From positions 4,774,001 to 4,838,000 of the forward strand of contig JBHGNT010000021.1 of NCBI GenBank assembly GCA_043228905.1: a stretch of 64,000 nt of DNA. The letters run 5' to 3'. The translations under genes were made by a program, and so were the position numbers. Shown here piece by piece: positions 48,431 through 62,400 of the stretch. The stretch's first letter is position 1, and each line of letters begins with the position of its first letter. This DNA is from Azolla caroliniana. Lineage: Eukaryota > Plantae > Polypodiophyta. The notes under the pieces were generated by a model. That model was not told where the DNA came from. It made no database searches and was given only the letters and a program-made list of their open reading frames with translations.

Positions 48431-51400
48431 TGTGAAGTTATCTTGTACTTGAAATTTTTAAGAAATGTTATCTTGTACTTGAAATGAAGTTTAGAACAAG
48501 CATAACATGAAAAACCCATTTAGCAAGACTTAGAACTCCAACATTGACCTTCATACGGTTTATTAATTTTAATATCATACACACATGAGTTTTATAACTT
48601 GTTAGGCCTAAGTATGTTATATATTATTGATAAAGGTGGTGCTTTCATTGTGTGCTTTAGCATGCAATGTCTTAATCAAGATTCAAGACATTCCCTTTTC
48701 ACAAATTGAATAGACTCTTCCAATATTGGTAAGACATAAGACCATCGAGGATCGATTTGCTCCCCCAAGATGAGAACAATGAGCATCAATTACTTCTCGC
48801 ATGCTCCACATATAATGCTACTCACAAGAAGTATGATGTCTTGTTGTTTGACAAGCATAATAATTTAAGTGTGATATATAATCTTCATCAAGAAGAATGA
48901 GCACATATGTGCATGCATTATTTTCACATAGAGAGTTTTGACTACAAGGTTGAAACGCCCCTTCTTAGGAACACGATGATATGTTTATTAGACCCCATAG
49001 GTCAAATTTGGCTTCATCGTGGATGATAAAAAATCTAATATCGTGATGATTTGACTACTCGAAAGGATATATGAAATGGCTCTTATTAAAATTGAACCTC
49101 AACATATCTAAATCATAATGTATCTAATGGTGCTTATGACCTAAAACTTGTCTAGAACCAATTAAGTATCACATTCTTATGTCGATTGCATTCTAACCAT
49201 GTCGGTTTTTTTGCATCAGTCATTCTGCAAGGTTTTCTTGGGTGTTTTCGTATGGTTATGACGTTTTAAGGGATATATAGATTATTAGTTCACGGAGACG
49301 AGGCCATATGACCTATGGGACAATGGTGTAAGTTACGGTGACAAGAGTGTAATTAAAAACAATGATCTTTCCAACTTGGGGTCTATATGTGACCCTAATG
49401 CAACAAATATTCAACCAAAGGCCCCACATGTATTTCACTACAATAGCAAAATGAATAGAGATGGTAAATGTTTGTTACTCATGAAAATCCAAGAATACAT
49501 ATAAGACAAAACCTTGGTGACAATAAACATTTTTTTTTATGAAAACATGAAAATCAGTCTTTAAGAGACAATGTTTTAATATACATAGTTGTATATTCAT
49601 ATGAACGTGTAGTGGGATTACCTAGATAAAGCTGGTGGGAGACAAAGTTAAAAATTTAATAATATAAAGCTATTTAAATGTAACTATACTCGGTTCTAAG
49701 ATGTGCACGAGCAAAACCGTTTAATAGATTTTGAAATTCTAACATAAAACTATTACTATGTAACAGTATGTGGTCCAAGATGTGGAACACAATGCCATAG
49801 GCCCATACCATAACATGTTTTGCCATAAATCTTTTAAAATATGATGGGAGGTGGTTCTCTTCTAAGAGCCGACACAATGTTGTAGTAGGCTTTGAAGTTT
49901 TAGCATAAGGCTAGTGTTACATGATTAGTTACTCTACAAGAAAGTAAGATCTAATGTGAGACAAAAAAAGTATCCATCTAGGTGGACACTATTGTGAACA
50001 CTACTCGACAAACCCTATAATAAACACCATGTAAGACCTACAATTTTAGTGGAACTTTATAGACTTGTTTTCCGAAAAAAATGATGATTTTCATGCATTG
50101 TCCTAGAGTCCAAAGTGTTTTAAGTGGAACACAGATATTTGAAAAATGTTTGAAAAGAACATCTAGCTATTTGAAAACTTTCGGGAACAAACATTTTTGG
50201 GGTCACGATGATTTTCCAACCTTAGTTGTCATCAAATTTTTGAAAAAGCCAATGCACTCTTTAATTCTTAAGAGTTTGCAAAAGAGATTTACTTTGATGT
50301 GTTATGGCTCCCTTTTCAATGGGCATACATACTTCCATTTCCCTCCCCAACATGGAATGAACCAATGAAGAAGCCACCGAATGGACAAATACATGTGCAC
50401 ACATTCAATTATTGAATGCCCCAATATGATATGCACATACATACTTATTGGTTGACACAAACACACTTATTTGATTCACACAAACAATATGAGTGAGGTT
50501 CACACAAACACACTTATTGGCATATATAGGTGGGCTTACAAGGGCGTTTCTCCATATTCATTAACTTCAGTCGAACTGCCTTGGTGAGTGTAACACTTTG
50601 TTGTAGCTAGAGAAATTGGCTTCTCACCTACAACACACATACTTGTTGACATATATAGGTAGACTTATAAGGCTGTTTTCTCTGCATTGCATTCATTAAC
50701 TTCACTCGGAACTGCCTTGGTAAATGAAACACTTTTGTTGTAACTAGATAAATTGGATTTTTCACTGAAATTTGACTAATAACGTATTCAAATGAAGTCC
50801 GTAAAAAGCAAATTCAAGTAGTAAAGCCTTACCTATGTATAGAAAAACAAATGTTCTATGAGGTAATAAGATTGTCACACACTATAAAACGACTACATTG
50901 TACGAAACGTGAGTTCGCTAATAGAGTAAACGATGTTTTCACAACATGTCATCAAACGGAACCAATATGAATGTATTTAGAAGAAATTTTGTAGAGAACA
51001 ATTAATTTCCAACTTGATTATTCCATTACATCAAATGAGATTATCTATATATTGTATGCTAAGGAAGTACTACATAAGAGGGACAATGATTCACAAGGCA
51101 ACTTGGATTTTTGCCAACAAGCTATGGCAACAAACCAAAATCTTCATTCTTCAATGAGAGAATGATTTTATGACAGGCTTAGGAAGGCTATGGTAAATTA
51201 TAAATCACAACAAAAATAACATTGGGCTCGTTCAGTTTTGGTCATCCTCTTCCGAGCTACGGGCTGATGTGATGGTTCAACCACGGTCGAGTCTCCTTAA
51301 TGTCAATCCTTCTATTATTGAGAAGGGAATCTGAGAAGGAGCATCAGTTAATCCTTCTATAAAACAAGAAGATTAATTTAAATGACCTATCAGTTGATTC

Positions 51401-51531
51401 TTTTACTCCAAGTCTTCAGCTTGAATTGAAGAATCAAAATGCTGACTAAGCATATGTAGCAACACAATCTGACTACAATATCACTCTAATTTCACCCAAA
51501 ATCTTAGCCTCCACCTGTATCAATAGAGCTC

Positions 51532-54500
51532 CTAATCTCTGCTTGGAGGGCTTCTTAATACATTGAAGTTTCCTGAGTGTGACCATTGTCTATGATGACC
51601 TCCAGGTGATTCAGAGCAATTACGATTTTCAATCATCTGCTTTGCTTGGTCTCCCTTCAGAATATGGGCCCAACCCATGTAATCTGAGAGTGATTTTCCA
51701 TGAAAAGATCTCGGAGGGGAACCACACCTTGTGCTATGTATACTAGCAGATTTCGAAAGACCCAAGACTGAATATGCTTTTCCATTATCATGATTGGTAG
51801 TCGAAGATTGGTGTAGAGACGAATTCCTAGATAAAATTCCATATTTCTGGCCTTTGTAGTGATCGTCAACATGTAGAACATCATCAATTCTTGATAATAT
51901 AGTGAATGCCAAGCTTTCCAATACTCTCGAATAGCTCTCTAATATAGACTGACCAACATCCTGCAGTATCAAAACTAATCCATCAGTTGTATTTGCAGAT
52001 AAAACCAACATTAGAGTACTCGAATTACTTTACTGGAGTTTAAAATATTGCTGGGATAGAAAATAATATACGTTATGACGAGGTCAAAGTCCATTTCCCT
52101 TGATTAGTTTATCTAATTAGACATGACAAGTATAGAAATTGTGATAACCAAATTAAAGTTAATAGGAATATTATTGTACTGGAACTGAATCCCTTGCTCA
52201 AACAACTGTTTCACGATAATCATTATACTAGAGAGCTTAATCCCTTCCAATATAGTATATCATAGAACAGTACCTCACCTTGTTGTATTGAATCTTATTC
52301 TCATCCAAGATTGTTTGATGTAACCCTGGAAACTTATGTCTTAACAACAACAAAAGGCTCTCAGCCTTCTCAGCAAGTTGTTCTCGCTTCTCGACATCTA
52401 TCAATCCATCTTTCCCAAGTCCCCAAGAAGATCTTGCATTATTACTACTCTTTCCATTCCTTAAATGGGTATTTGGTTGCCTGGAATGAATTTTTCTTCG
52501 CCATATGTGAATTGCAGCTTCAACTCGATTCACCAACTCTAAGACATATTGCTCGTCCACGGTTTCTAATGATGCAACTAAAGCATCAGGTGAAAATTTC
52601 TCTGAAATGATTCTCCGATAGAGTGCCTCCCCCAAGCTTGATCTTCCATTCTATTGCAAAATTTAGCGAGCAAGCTAATTAGTTACAAACAAATAGCAAA
52701 AACATAATATCATTTATAGGATCTACATGATGTAATGAACCATAGAGAAAGCAGAACTTCACAAGCTAGACATTAGGAAACCATACATAAGAAACAAGAC
52801 TAAACCAAAGGCTACCTTTGGAAGTGCATCCCAATAGACAGTAGGAACCTCCACCTCAGACAATACTTGTGCATTGATTGCTAAGACAGCCTTTAACACC
52901 TCACTGACGCTTTTCTTCTGATGGAGTAGATGTTTTCTTGCTTCTTCTGAGAGACCATCTACAGGCACTCTAGGAGCAGGAAGCCACCATTTCTCTTCCT
53001 GTCTTTGCAAAAGTCTGCTATCTTTCTCAGTCATAGCCCGAGCTCGGTCAAGGTACCAGAATTCAGTATCATGGAAGCTGTCCAGAGCCTCCTGAGTAGG
53101 CATAAAAAAAATTCTATAATGCATGCGTTTTGAATTTCTAAACTGCATCAGTAGAGCACTAAATGTTTTGAATTTTATAGTTGAAAACTTTAGAAATGAC
53201 ATTTTAGACATACAAGTAGCATGGCGTCCAGTTTTCTCAAGGCTGGGAGGTTCATGTGAAGGTCTGACCTGGGCTTTGTTACCATCACCTACGATGTGGA
53301 AATTTTATTTTACCATGGTAAGCAAAAGATAAGGATTCCTCCTAGAGAAATAACAGAAGATATTAATAATACACATACCTCTGTAATATTTCCATTTGGA
53401 AGTGACTGAGAAGAAGCTACAAATTCAACTATGTGATCACTCACAGCCAAGAGCCAGCCCATTTCCCTTTTCCACTTTGCTTTCCGTTCTTGAGGCAGGG
53501 GTTCTAACCTCCATAACCCTCCAAACACAGAAGCTGATAAACATTTCATGGTGAGAGATCATTTGAGCTATCTTTCTTATCTTCACCGAGATGAGATATT
53601 CAATACAGAAGTAGGGGAGCTACCTGACAGATTTGTGATGGCGTTGGATATGGCAAGGGCACTAGAGACACCTTTCCCTCCCCCAGATAAATCCTCTCCA
53701 AGAAGTAGCTTTGCAAAACGCTTTTTCATCATCTCAATTTCTGCAATATTAAGTGAATCACTGATGAGGCCAAGATACATAAGATGGCATGTGAATAGAT
53801 GATCATCATGTAAGTATAAGTGAATGAATGAATCGCCTAACAACCTCAGTAACTACAACATACCAGTTCGGTGGTCATGCAAATATATGTACATAATAAG
53901 CATGGATGAGTTGAATCATCAAGGAAACTAATTAAAACAACATGCCAGACGAATGGAAATATCTACTAAGTTAACCACTACATAAACGGCAACTAACTAG
54001 CACATTGGACTAACCAGATGCATCAAGAATCTTCTCTTGTTTGCTTTCCTTGTCTTCCCAACCTGGAAGTGCATCTTTACTATTGATAATTATTGGAAGA
54101 CAATGCAACTTCCCTAGGCGAGACTTCTCTCTCGAGGTTCGAGGCCATCCCACGGGTGAAGATTCAACTGAAGTGCTTGTGGTGGTGGTGGCAGTAGTAG
54201 TAGTAATAGTAGTGGTCGTACAAGTAGAAGCATCTCCATCCCAATAAGGATCTTGAGCAGTATCCATTAATGAACCTTCAACCCCTAGAATCTCTACACA
54301 GAAGCGATCAAAACTTGATGTAGAGCTGCTACCATCAATGTTGCTCTCTTGCTCTGTAAAATCTTCAGCCATTACATCGAGGTGATTCTTTTGATCATAC
54401 TTTACTGGCATGGCTCGATCTCGGATGCCTCCCATCATCAATAAACCTGCAATGTAGTATTTTATTTACATTAATATTGTGATGAAAGCTTCCTCTTTCT

Positions 54501-55481
54501 TGGCTAGCGTAGAATCTGTGTTTGATACAAATAGTGTCCAACAAACAAGCTACATCCACAATGCATAGAGGCTAAATATGTGATATGCATGTATAAATAT
54601 ATTTATATACATTCACAGAGAAAATCTCAAGTACTGAAAATTATGTTCAAATATAGAAAATGCTGTATTTTGACTACATGAGTATAAAAACAAACAAGCA
54701 ATATACAGATTCGACAATTACATATAAGTATGCTAAATGTGTACATCATTGCTTACGTATTACTTACACATAAATTTCTCAGTCTCAGGCTTATGTACAG
54801 ACGTGAAAGTCTCATATGTTTCCAGTACCTACGATTGAGACATATTTTCTTTGTCTATGTACAGACCTGAAAGTCTCATATTTTTCCAGTACCTACGATT
54901 GAGACATATTTTCTTTGTCTTAACGGACTATAGTTTAGTGAATCCTATTGAGACAATCTCTGTTTTAAAGAAAATAACATCAGACAATCAATGCAAATTT
55001 ACACTCCAGAAATTCATGTCCAGAATGCATGTGATGTCTCTCTCTACATTGTAAAGATGGATGTTTTGCAGAGAAAGAAGCAAAACGTGATCTTCGCGAC
55101 AGAATAACCATGATTGAGCTAGCCACTTGCCAATCACTTATAGTCTTAAACAAAATTCATATACCGGATATGTAAATAGAGATTCACTAAAAATGTTCCA
55201 AAACTGGTGCTTTTGCAGAGAATTAGAGCAAAACGTGAGCTCGATATTTACATACAGAAAGAAAAGGCATAAAAAGAGAAGAAGAAGCTAATATAAGGAA
55301 CCATCAAGAAAGAATGACAGAAATGGAAAAAAAAAGTCAAAATGAGGAAGACATAAAAATATTGAGATAGAAAGAAAAGAACGACAATAAGAAGATACTG
55401 CTAAAGGATCGGAAAAAGGATGATGGAGCTTTGAGGAGGTATTCATGGCTAATTACCTTTACTTGCATTGGCAGGATTCAT
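51532..55481 (-). CDS. ROPGEF: Rop guanine nucleotide exchange factor (PRONE domain)
   Basis: Exons: 55481-55457 (MNPANASK), 54446-54015 (SSPVGWP), ~53740-53626 ([36 protein letters not shown]), ~53535-53380 ([15 protein letters not shown]), ~53285-53215 ([17 protein letters not shown]), ~53091-52817 (EEKWWLP), ~52651-52280 (FPGLHQT..KIQYNK), 51961-51532 ([19 protein letters not shown]...SPPSRD). Confidence 0.95.
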
Positions 55482-56769
55482 CAATGTATCCCGAGAATTG
55501 ACGAATCAGTTGCGAGATGATATCATGGTGAAATATTGTTGATGCAAGAAGTGTCGTTTGGTATTCTTTTACAGAGAATAACGGCGATGGTCCTTATGTT
55601 GATGAAAAGTTAACAGAGATAAGTGTTTCGCTAGGAATGAGGGGAAAAGATAATTCAATACAACAGCAAAAACCAGCTGTGGAAGAAGAATGGAATAATC
55701 TACGGAAGAAAGAAATGAAGAAGAAGAATGCACATTTGAATTTTTCCTGCGGAAGATTATTGCAGAGGAATTGCTATGGAAGAAAAATGCAGAGGGGAAT
55801 GACGAGGAAAAGTTCGAAAATTTGACTGTTAGATTAGGGTTTCGCGAAGTACTGATATGCTCATTCAATACACTGTGAACTGACAGGCAATTGAGATATC
55901 TATTTATCTCTATACGTACATAGTCTCGTCTGATTAGGTTTCCTGAACAGAAGAGGGAGGGTAACGTCACGAAGAGAAACGATGACGGGTTAAGACTCAG
56001 AGAATGTTTGCGAAGCAGAAAGGAGAAGAAAAATCTCCAGACTGATGACGATATTCTACTCGATTGTGACTGTTTCGGTGGCTGGCGAGAATCAATAACT
56101 GTTGCAATCAAATCAAAGAACAAGAAAAAAGAAAATGGATCAGAATCAGACAGAGATTGAACGAATGAGGAATGGAAAAAGAGAAATGCTAAATGCTCCA
56201 CAGTTTACATTTTCAATTACATTGGGACTTGCGAAAACCGTAGACAGAGAGAGGACGCGGGAAAAGAAGAAAGAAACACAGAAAAAGCTCAGAGCTGTCA
56301 GGCTATGGCGAATTCTAGTTCAAACGGATAGATAGATAGATAGATAGATAGATAGAAGACGGCCGCCGCGATCAGAAAGAAAGGGAAAAAAAGGGAAGAA
56401 AAAAATCAGTCTTAATTCTTACCTTAATTTATGTTATATATGTCCATCTTTTTCTGCTTTTTCTGCACTGTTCTCGAAGCACAGGTTCGCCATTAAAAAG
56501 CTCTGCACAGACCTTGATGACTGAATCAATCAGAGAAGAAATAATAATAAACTAGAATGAACGAAAAGAAATGAAGGAAGGAAAAGAAAAAGACATACAT
56601 ATTGCCATTACCTATAGCAAGCAGATTGCACTCAGTTTATCCTCCACAGTCCTCGAGATTAGAAGATAAATGTGTTGTCAATTTAGGGCTAGGGTTAGCT
56701 AGAGAGAGTGAAACCCTAATCTTCGAGTTTCCATGGACCAACTACAAGTAGAAGCCCTAAATTCGCAAT

Positions 56770-58210
56770 ATGTACATGCATAAGTATATATATATATATA
56801 TGTATACAGTTTACATAACGCCATGGATACACAGACAGACAAACAGGGAATTTGTTGGTATGTATGTACGCATACGTATACGTACATCCTACGGAGTATG
56901 CGTACACGCATGCAAACTATACGTATCTATGTACATATGTAGATATCTATGTATGTCTGTATGTATGCATGAATCTATGTATGTATGTATGTATGTATGT
57001 ATGTTTTTATTTATGTACACGTATATGATTGATAAAACAATATGCGTATGTATGCACGCATGCAAATATGTATGTATACATTACATATGTATACATGCAT
57101 GCATGTGACCTACATCATATAGGTAAAACATATACATGATGTATGTATGCATGCATGCATGCATGCATGTAAGCTACACATATACATGGGTAAAACAGAT
57201 TCAATTTCCCGCACGTGCATCCCCACCATACCGTTCTTTGGTTTCTTTTTGGTGCCGTATGTGTGTATACATGCATGAAGCGACTCATATACATACATAG
57301 CATGATGGGGGCCACGTCAGTAATGCATGCATATATCCATGTATGCATGTGCCTTATATGCATGCATACATGGGTATATGCATGCGTGGATGTATGGGGC
57401 TGCCCATCCGCATATGCGCATGTTGCATGGTGTTGGTGACGCAGTGATTTTACGCACGTGCGCCTCTCCTAACGGTCACATTGCGTTAAGGTTTTCACAT
57501 GTATCCATATACGATATTACGATATACGTATACGAAACGTATGGTTGTGTACGTACGATGTACGCTTTATTGCAGAATATTCATTCCATTTATTAGAAAG
57601 AAAGAAAGAATAAATAAAGAAAAGAAAATCCCGCGACGGAATAATTTGGGCGCATTGAATATTCCCTTCCATCGCGCATTCCTCGTAATTTGCGACTATT
57701 CCCCAACATTGTGTGTACTCCTCATAAATGTGTCCATTGATGGTATGTATGTATGTATGCATGCATTTGTCCACGTATGTATGTATGTATGTATGTATGT
57801 ATGTATGCACGTATGTATGGTTGGTTGACCGTCAACTCCCATTGTTGTGTATGTATTCAAGTAGCCTTGTAGGTATGTATGCATGCATGCATGCATTTGT
57901 CCACGTATGTATGTATGTATGCATGGATGCAAGTATTTATGTACTGTATGCACATATGTATGTATGGTTGGCCGTCAACTCCCATTGTTGTGTATGTATG
58001 CATGTATATATGCATACATGTATGTATGCATGCATGCATTTGTCCACTTATCTATGTATGTATGCAACTATTTATGTACTGTATGCAAGCATATATGCAC
58101 ATATGTATGTATGGTTAGCCGTCAACTCGCATTGTTTGTATGTATGCATGTAGGTATGTATGTATGCATGCATGTATGGACATATGTATGGACGGATGGA
58201 TGGATGGATG
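56770..58210. repeat. Low-complexity (ATGT/ATGC)n microsatellite field with a higher-order repeat of roughly 140-150 bp (57730-58140)
   Basis: Alternating purine-pyrimidine TATG/CATG runs; CCGTCAACTC(C/G)CATTG recurs near 57830, 57973 and 58120. Confidence 0.85.
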
Positions 58211-59465
58211 GCCATCAGTTCGCATTGCTGTCTCCTATTCTCCGTTCGACCATCTATATTCTCGAGTGAGTTTCGGGCTGTTACTATTTGTATGAGCTTT
58301 TTCCATCGACAACAATGAAAAGTATGCAAATGTCATAAGCCTACAACCCAAAGCAAAGTAAACCAAATCCAAAGGACTTCCAACTAGACAGATCGCAGAT
58401 TTTTTACCCTCAGAGCAATCGGATTCACTAATGGGTACACCCAAAAAAAAAAGAGGTGGGGCAGAGATTTGTTTGTCAATGCTTAATGTATATCCAAAAT
58501 CCTCATAGATCAATCAAATCTTTAATTGCTACTTTTGAAAACACATGAAGAAGGGTGCCAAGTTCCAACTAAGACATGAACCCAAGTAAACCAATCAAAT
58601 GCCAAATTGTCAGTTAGTATTAGGAGTTGTATTTATCATCTCTTCGAGTATGCATTGTATCAATGAAATTGAGTAGCATTGAATTAGCGTTTGTACAGTT
58701 GAAGCAATTGATCGATTTTCAATTCAAAACAACACTATTTTTTAAAAGTAGAAACCTGGAACAGACCATTGAGTTCTGTTTTGTCTCCTGCTATTATCAT
58801 ACTTCCTCACTTAAAACATAAAATCTTTTGGGAGTATCATATACGGGTAGCCAAAGTTGTGCATTGTCTGTCAACTATCATTTTATTAGAGTTCAGTTTA
58901 AAACCATGGCTCATTTATATGATTGGATTGATGTCAATCATCAACCAAATGATGCTCACCTCACATCTATTGAGCAAAGTTCTCTAGTCCTTTGGATTGA
59001 TTAATGCCAATCATCAACCAATTGGACTGCAACTGATATTCTCCTCAAATCTATGGAGCAGAGTTAATCTGAGGTTCTCAGAATAGAGGAAAAGGATGTC
59101 TTACGACATATACCTACATCAACATACGACTCGTGATGTTGATACGAAGTTCTTACCTCAATATTATACCAGAAAGCAAAGTGTTATCGAATAATATATT
59201 GATGGGCTTCCAAAAATATATCACCAACCCCTTCTAAAATTAGCATGTATAACGCCACCATTGTAGAAGAAGAAAGCTTTGCATTCCCTCCCCTACCAAC
59301 AACTATCTTGAGGAAGAGAATAAACATTGGATTTTGCTTAAATATATATGCATATAATACAACCTAATGATCCCTCCGAAGGCTCTAGAGAGGATTCACA
59401 AGATTAAGATACACGGTCAATGAATTAATAATATGTTACATTTTGAAGGAAATGCATTGGGGGAT

Positions 59466-62400
59466 TTAGTGCCTAAGATCTTCCCATTTACAATATTGAC
59501 CTCCAGCCAACACTCGATAATATCGGTCCGTGCAATAAACTGGCCTTCCATCAGCAGCTTTGGCTGCTGCCGCTGCAAGCTCATCATCATTTACTATTTC
59601 AACTGGGAGACTTAATAAGTCTTCTTTCCTGTGGAATCAATATACTATGAAATGTTAGTCAAACTGAGGCCCATTTCGCAATAAATGATGAGGAACCCAA
59701 TATAGATTTGAAACATTACTGATACAACTAATACAACACATATCTACATTTTTTAACCCGTGTGATAAATTATCAGATGTTGTATATGCAATGCTTACAT
59801 ACATACCTGTATGTATATACAAAGAGTGAGATAGGCATTACCAATGTGTATATATATAGCTACAGACACATGTATGCAAATATATCTAGAGATATAGATT
59901 AATATCCAGACACATGTATGCAAATACATCTAGAGATAAAGATATAGATTAATATGCATACATACATAGAAAACAATATGCCTAATGTTCTTAGAGGCAA
60001 GATATGTACAAGACAAGAGATAGATATAAGCTTTATGAATGCTTACATACATACCTGTATATACAAAGAGTGACATAGGCATTACCAATGTGTATATATA
60101 GAGAGAGCTACAGACACATGTTTGCAAATATATCTAGAGATAAAGATATAGATTAATATGCATACATACATCGAAAAAAAACAATATGCTTAATGTCTTA
60201 GAGGCAAGATGTGTACAAGAGAAGAGATAGATATAAGCTTTATGACCTGAGTTCAATTTTTGTTTCAGCAGCCATTGCCCCTGAGGAGGATCTCTGTTTC
60301 ATGTACACGGCCGGGTATTCGTTGTCCTGTGACGGCACAAGCAAATACAAGGAAGCGGTCGCAGTGATCAAGAGTGCAGCAGCACCTATCAATGTTCGCT
60401 TCAGCCTATTCATCACTGGTTTGACCTAAACACATGAATCCAACATACCACTACTGTTAGATAGGAAAACAACATGTGGACTCTTTGTCCAAATGCATGT
60501 ATCCTCATTATTCACTGGATATGCTCCCAACAGACACACATATGCATACATGCATGTACATATGTACGTATGTGTGTAAATCCAATGTATTGGGTCCCTA
60601 TCACATGAAAGACGGGGCAAAACAAAGTATGCATACATACACACAATCATTGTCTGTAAACATATAATTCCATGTTTATTTACCTGATATGCTCCCAATA
60701 GACGATCCCTTGCAAGAACCTGCAGTGAAATAAGGAGACTGTTTGTATAATTTAATGCTTGGGACTTTTTCATAGAGATCTAGCTATCGTAGATAGAAAC
60801 ATAATCTGGATTTTCTCATAGAGGTATATATATTACATTACTTACTTCTGGGGGCTTTACCCAAAGTTGTCCATCATACCACCCTGTTTCTTCGTAAGGT
60901 ACTACCGCTGAAAGAAGCCTATTACCGACATAGCTCCAGCCCTGGAATTTTTACCAATTTAAAACCCAATTTTCTCATACATACAAATAAAAGCATACAT
61001 AATAGCATATGTTGGAAATAATATAAGAGTTATTCCATGAGATACAATCTCATTTTCATATATTAAATAAAATCATGATAAATAGTACATGGTGGAACTA
61101 ATGTTTATAAGGAACATGCCCCAAAATGGACCACAAATTCATCCTCATGCATTCCAAATCATGATGTATATATTTAAAGCATATGATCGAAGCAACAGAA
61201 GGAAAACCGACCAAATATAATCTTAGGACAAGAACCGCAACAGGAAACAAAGCACCTGCTCCTCCAGCGAGAAAAAACCGTAGTGGATCCTGCCAAGAGT
61301 TGCAAAAAAAACATTGATGAGCAATAGACAAATTAGCATGTTGAAAGAATCTAAAAGAAACCCTAGGTTCATTACTTTCAATGCTTATATGGAGGTGAGT
61401 TATACTAAGCCAATGGGGCTGTTTCTAGCTTAAATGATTGTTTCTAAATTATCTCTCACAATACTTTCTGATATAATGGGAAAAACGTTATAAACTTGTT
61501 TCATTAATGATGATTACGGTCAGGATCAAGGCACTCACACGGTTAGGATCAAAGCTTGCACCCGCGATCGGTGCACCCAAAAGGACAAAAAACAAGAGCC
61601 ATATCCCGCCCAACCGAATCCCAAAATCAGCCAAACTTAGTTGAGCCCAAGCATAAAGAGGTCCCTCCTTCAATGCTGCTAGCTCATTTGCCTAGACATT
61701 TTGCAAACAACATTAAGTTTTCTTTATGGGTGAAATATAAATTGAAAAAAATCAAAATCACATATTACATTGCAAAACATGCCACGAAGTTTTGAAAATG
61801 ACTCGATGTAAGTTGCAAAAAACTGATTATTGTTCATTCACATCGCACAAAAAAATGTTCTAGTGAAATGCCCAATAGCTAGGGCATACAATGAAACCTA
61901 AAAGTTTAGGGTTTCGCCAAATCATGTAAAGCCCTTTCTCCCCCATTCTTTTGTGTATGTGTATGTTTTGTGTGTGTGTATATGTCTTTCTCTATATTTG
62001 CTAATACTGCCACTTTGAGCTCATATCTAGCTCATCCTACTGCAATCTTAGAAGATTTTATAACTGTGCTCGCAGTTTTTGCTCATTATGAGGGTGTGCA
62101 TGACTACGGTTGTATTACGGGTTGCTTAATCTTATCAATTTGCACAATTATTCTCTTATTAATGTATTGCTATGACTTCACTATGCTTATGATTAAGTAT
62201 TAGGCCTCTCTTGGCTAAGTGCTAAACCCCTACAAATTTTTATCAGCAAGAGAATAATGGCACTCCAAAACTCCAATTTACCATTTATTGTAATGGCATT
62301 CCAAAAGCCTAATTACCAGTTACACTTATCACAATGCAAAACCCCGATTACAATTTATACTGATGTCACCACAAAATTGTAACCATCATTTTATCACTCC

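Noticed and set aside
48700-49400. Possible very old Gypsy integrase relic
   Set aside because: Only scattered short peptide resemblances; no diagnostic motif could be read.
55569-58329. ORFs of 60-210 aa upstream of RopGEF
   Set aside because: Translations of pyrimidine-rich UTR/intron and microsatellite sequence (MYVCM/HTYI repeats); no domain signal.
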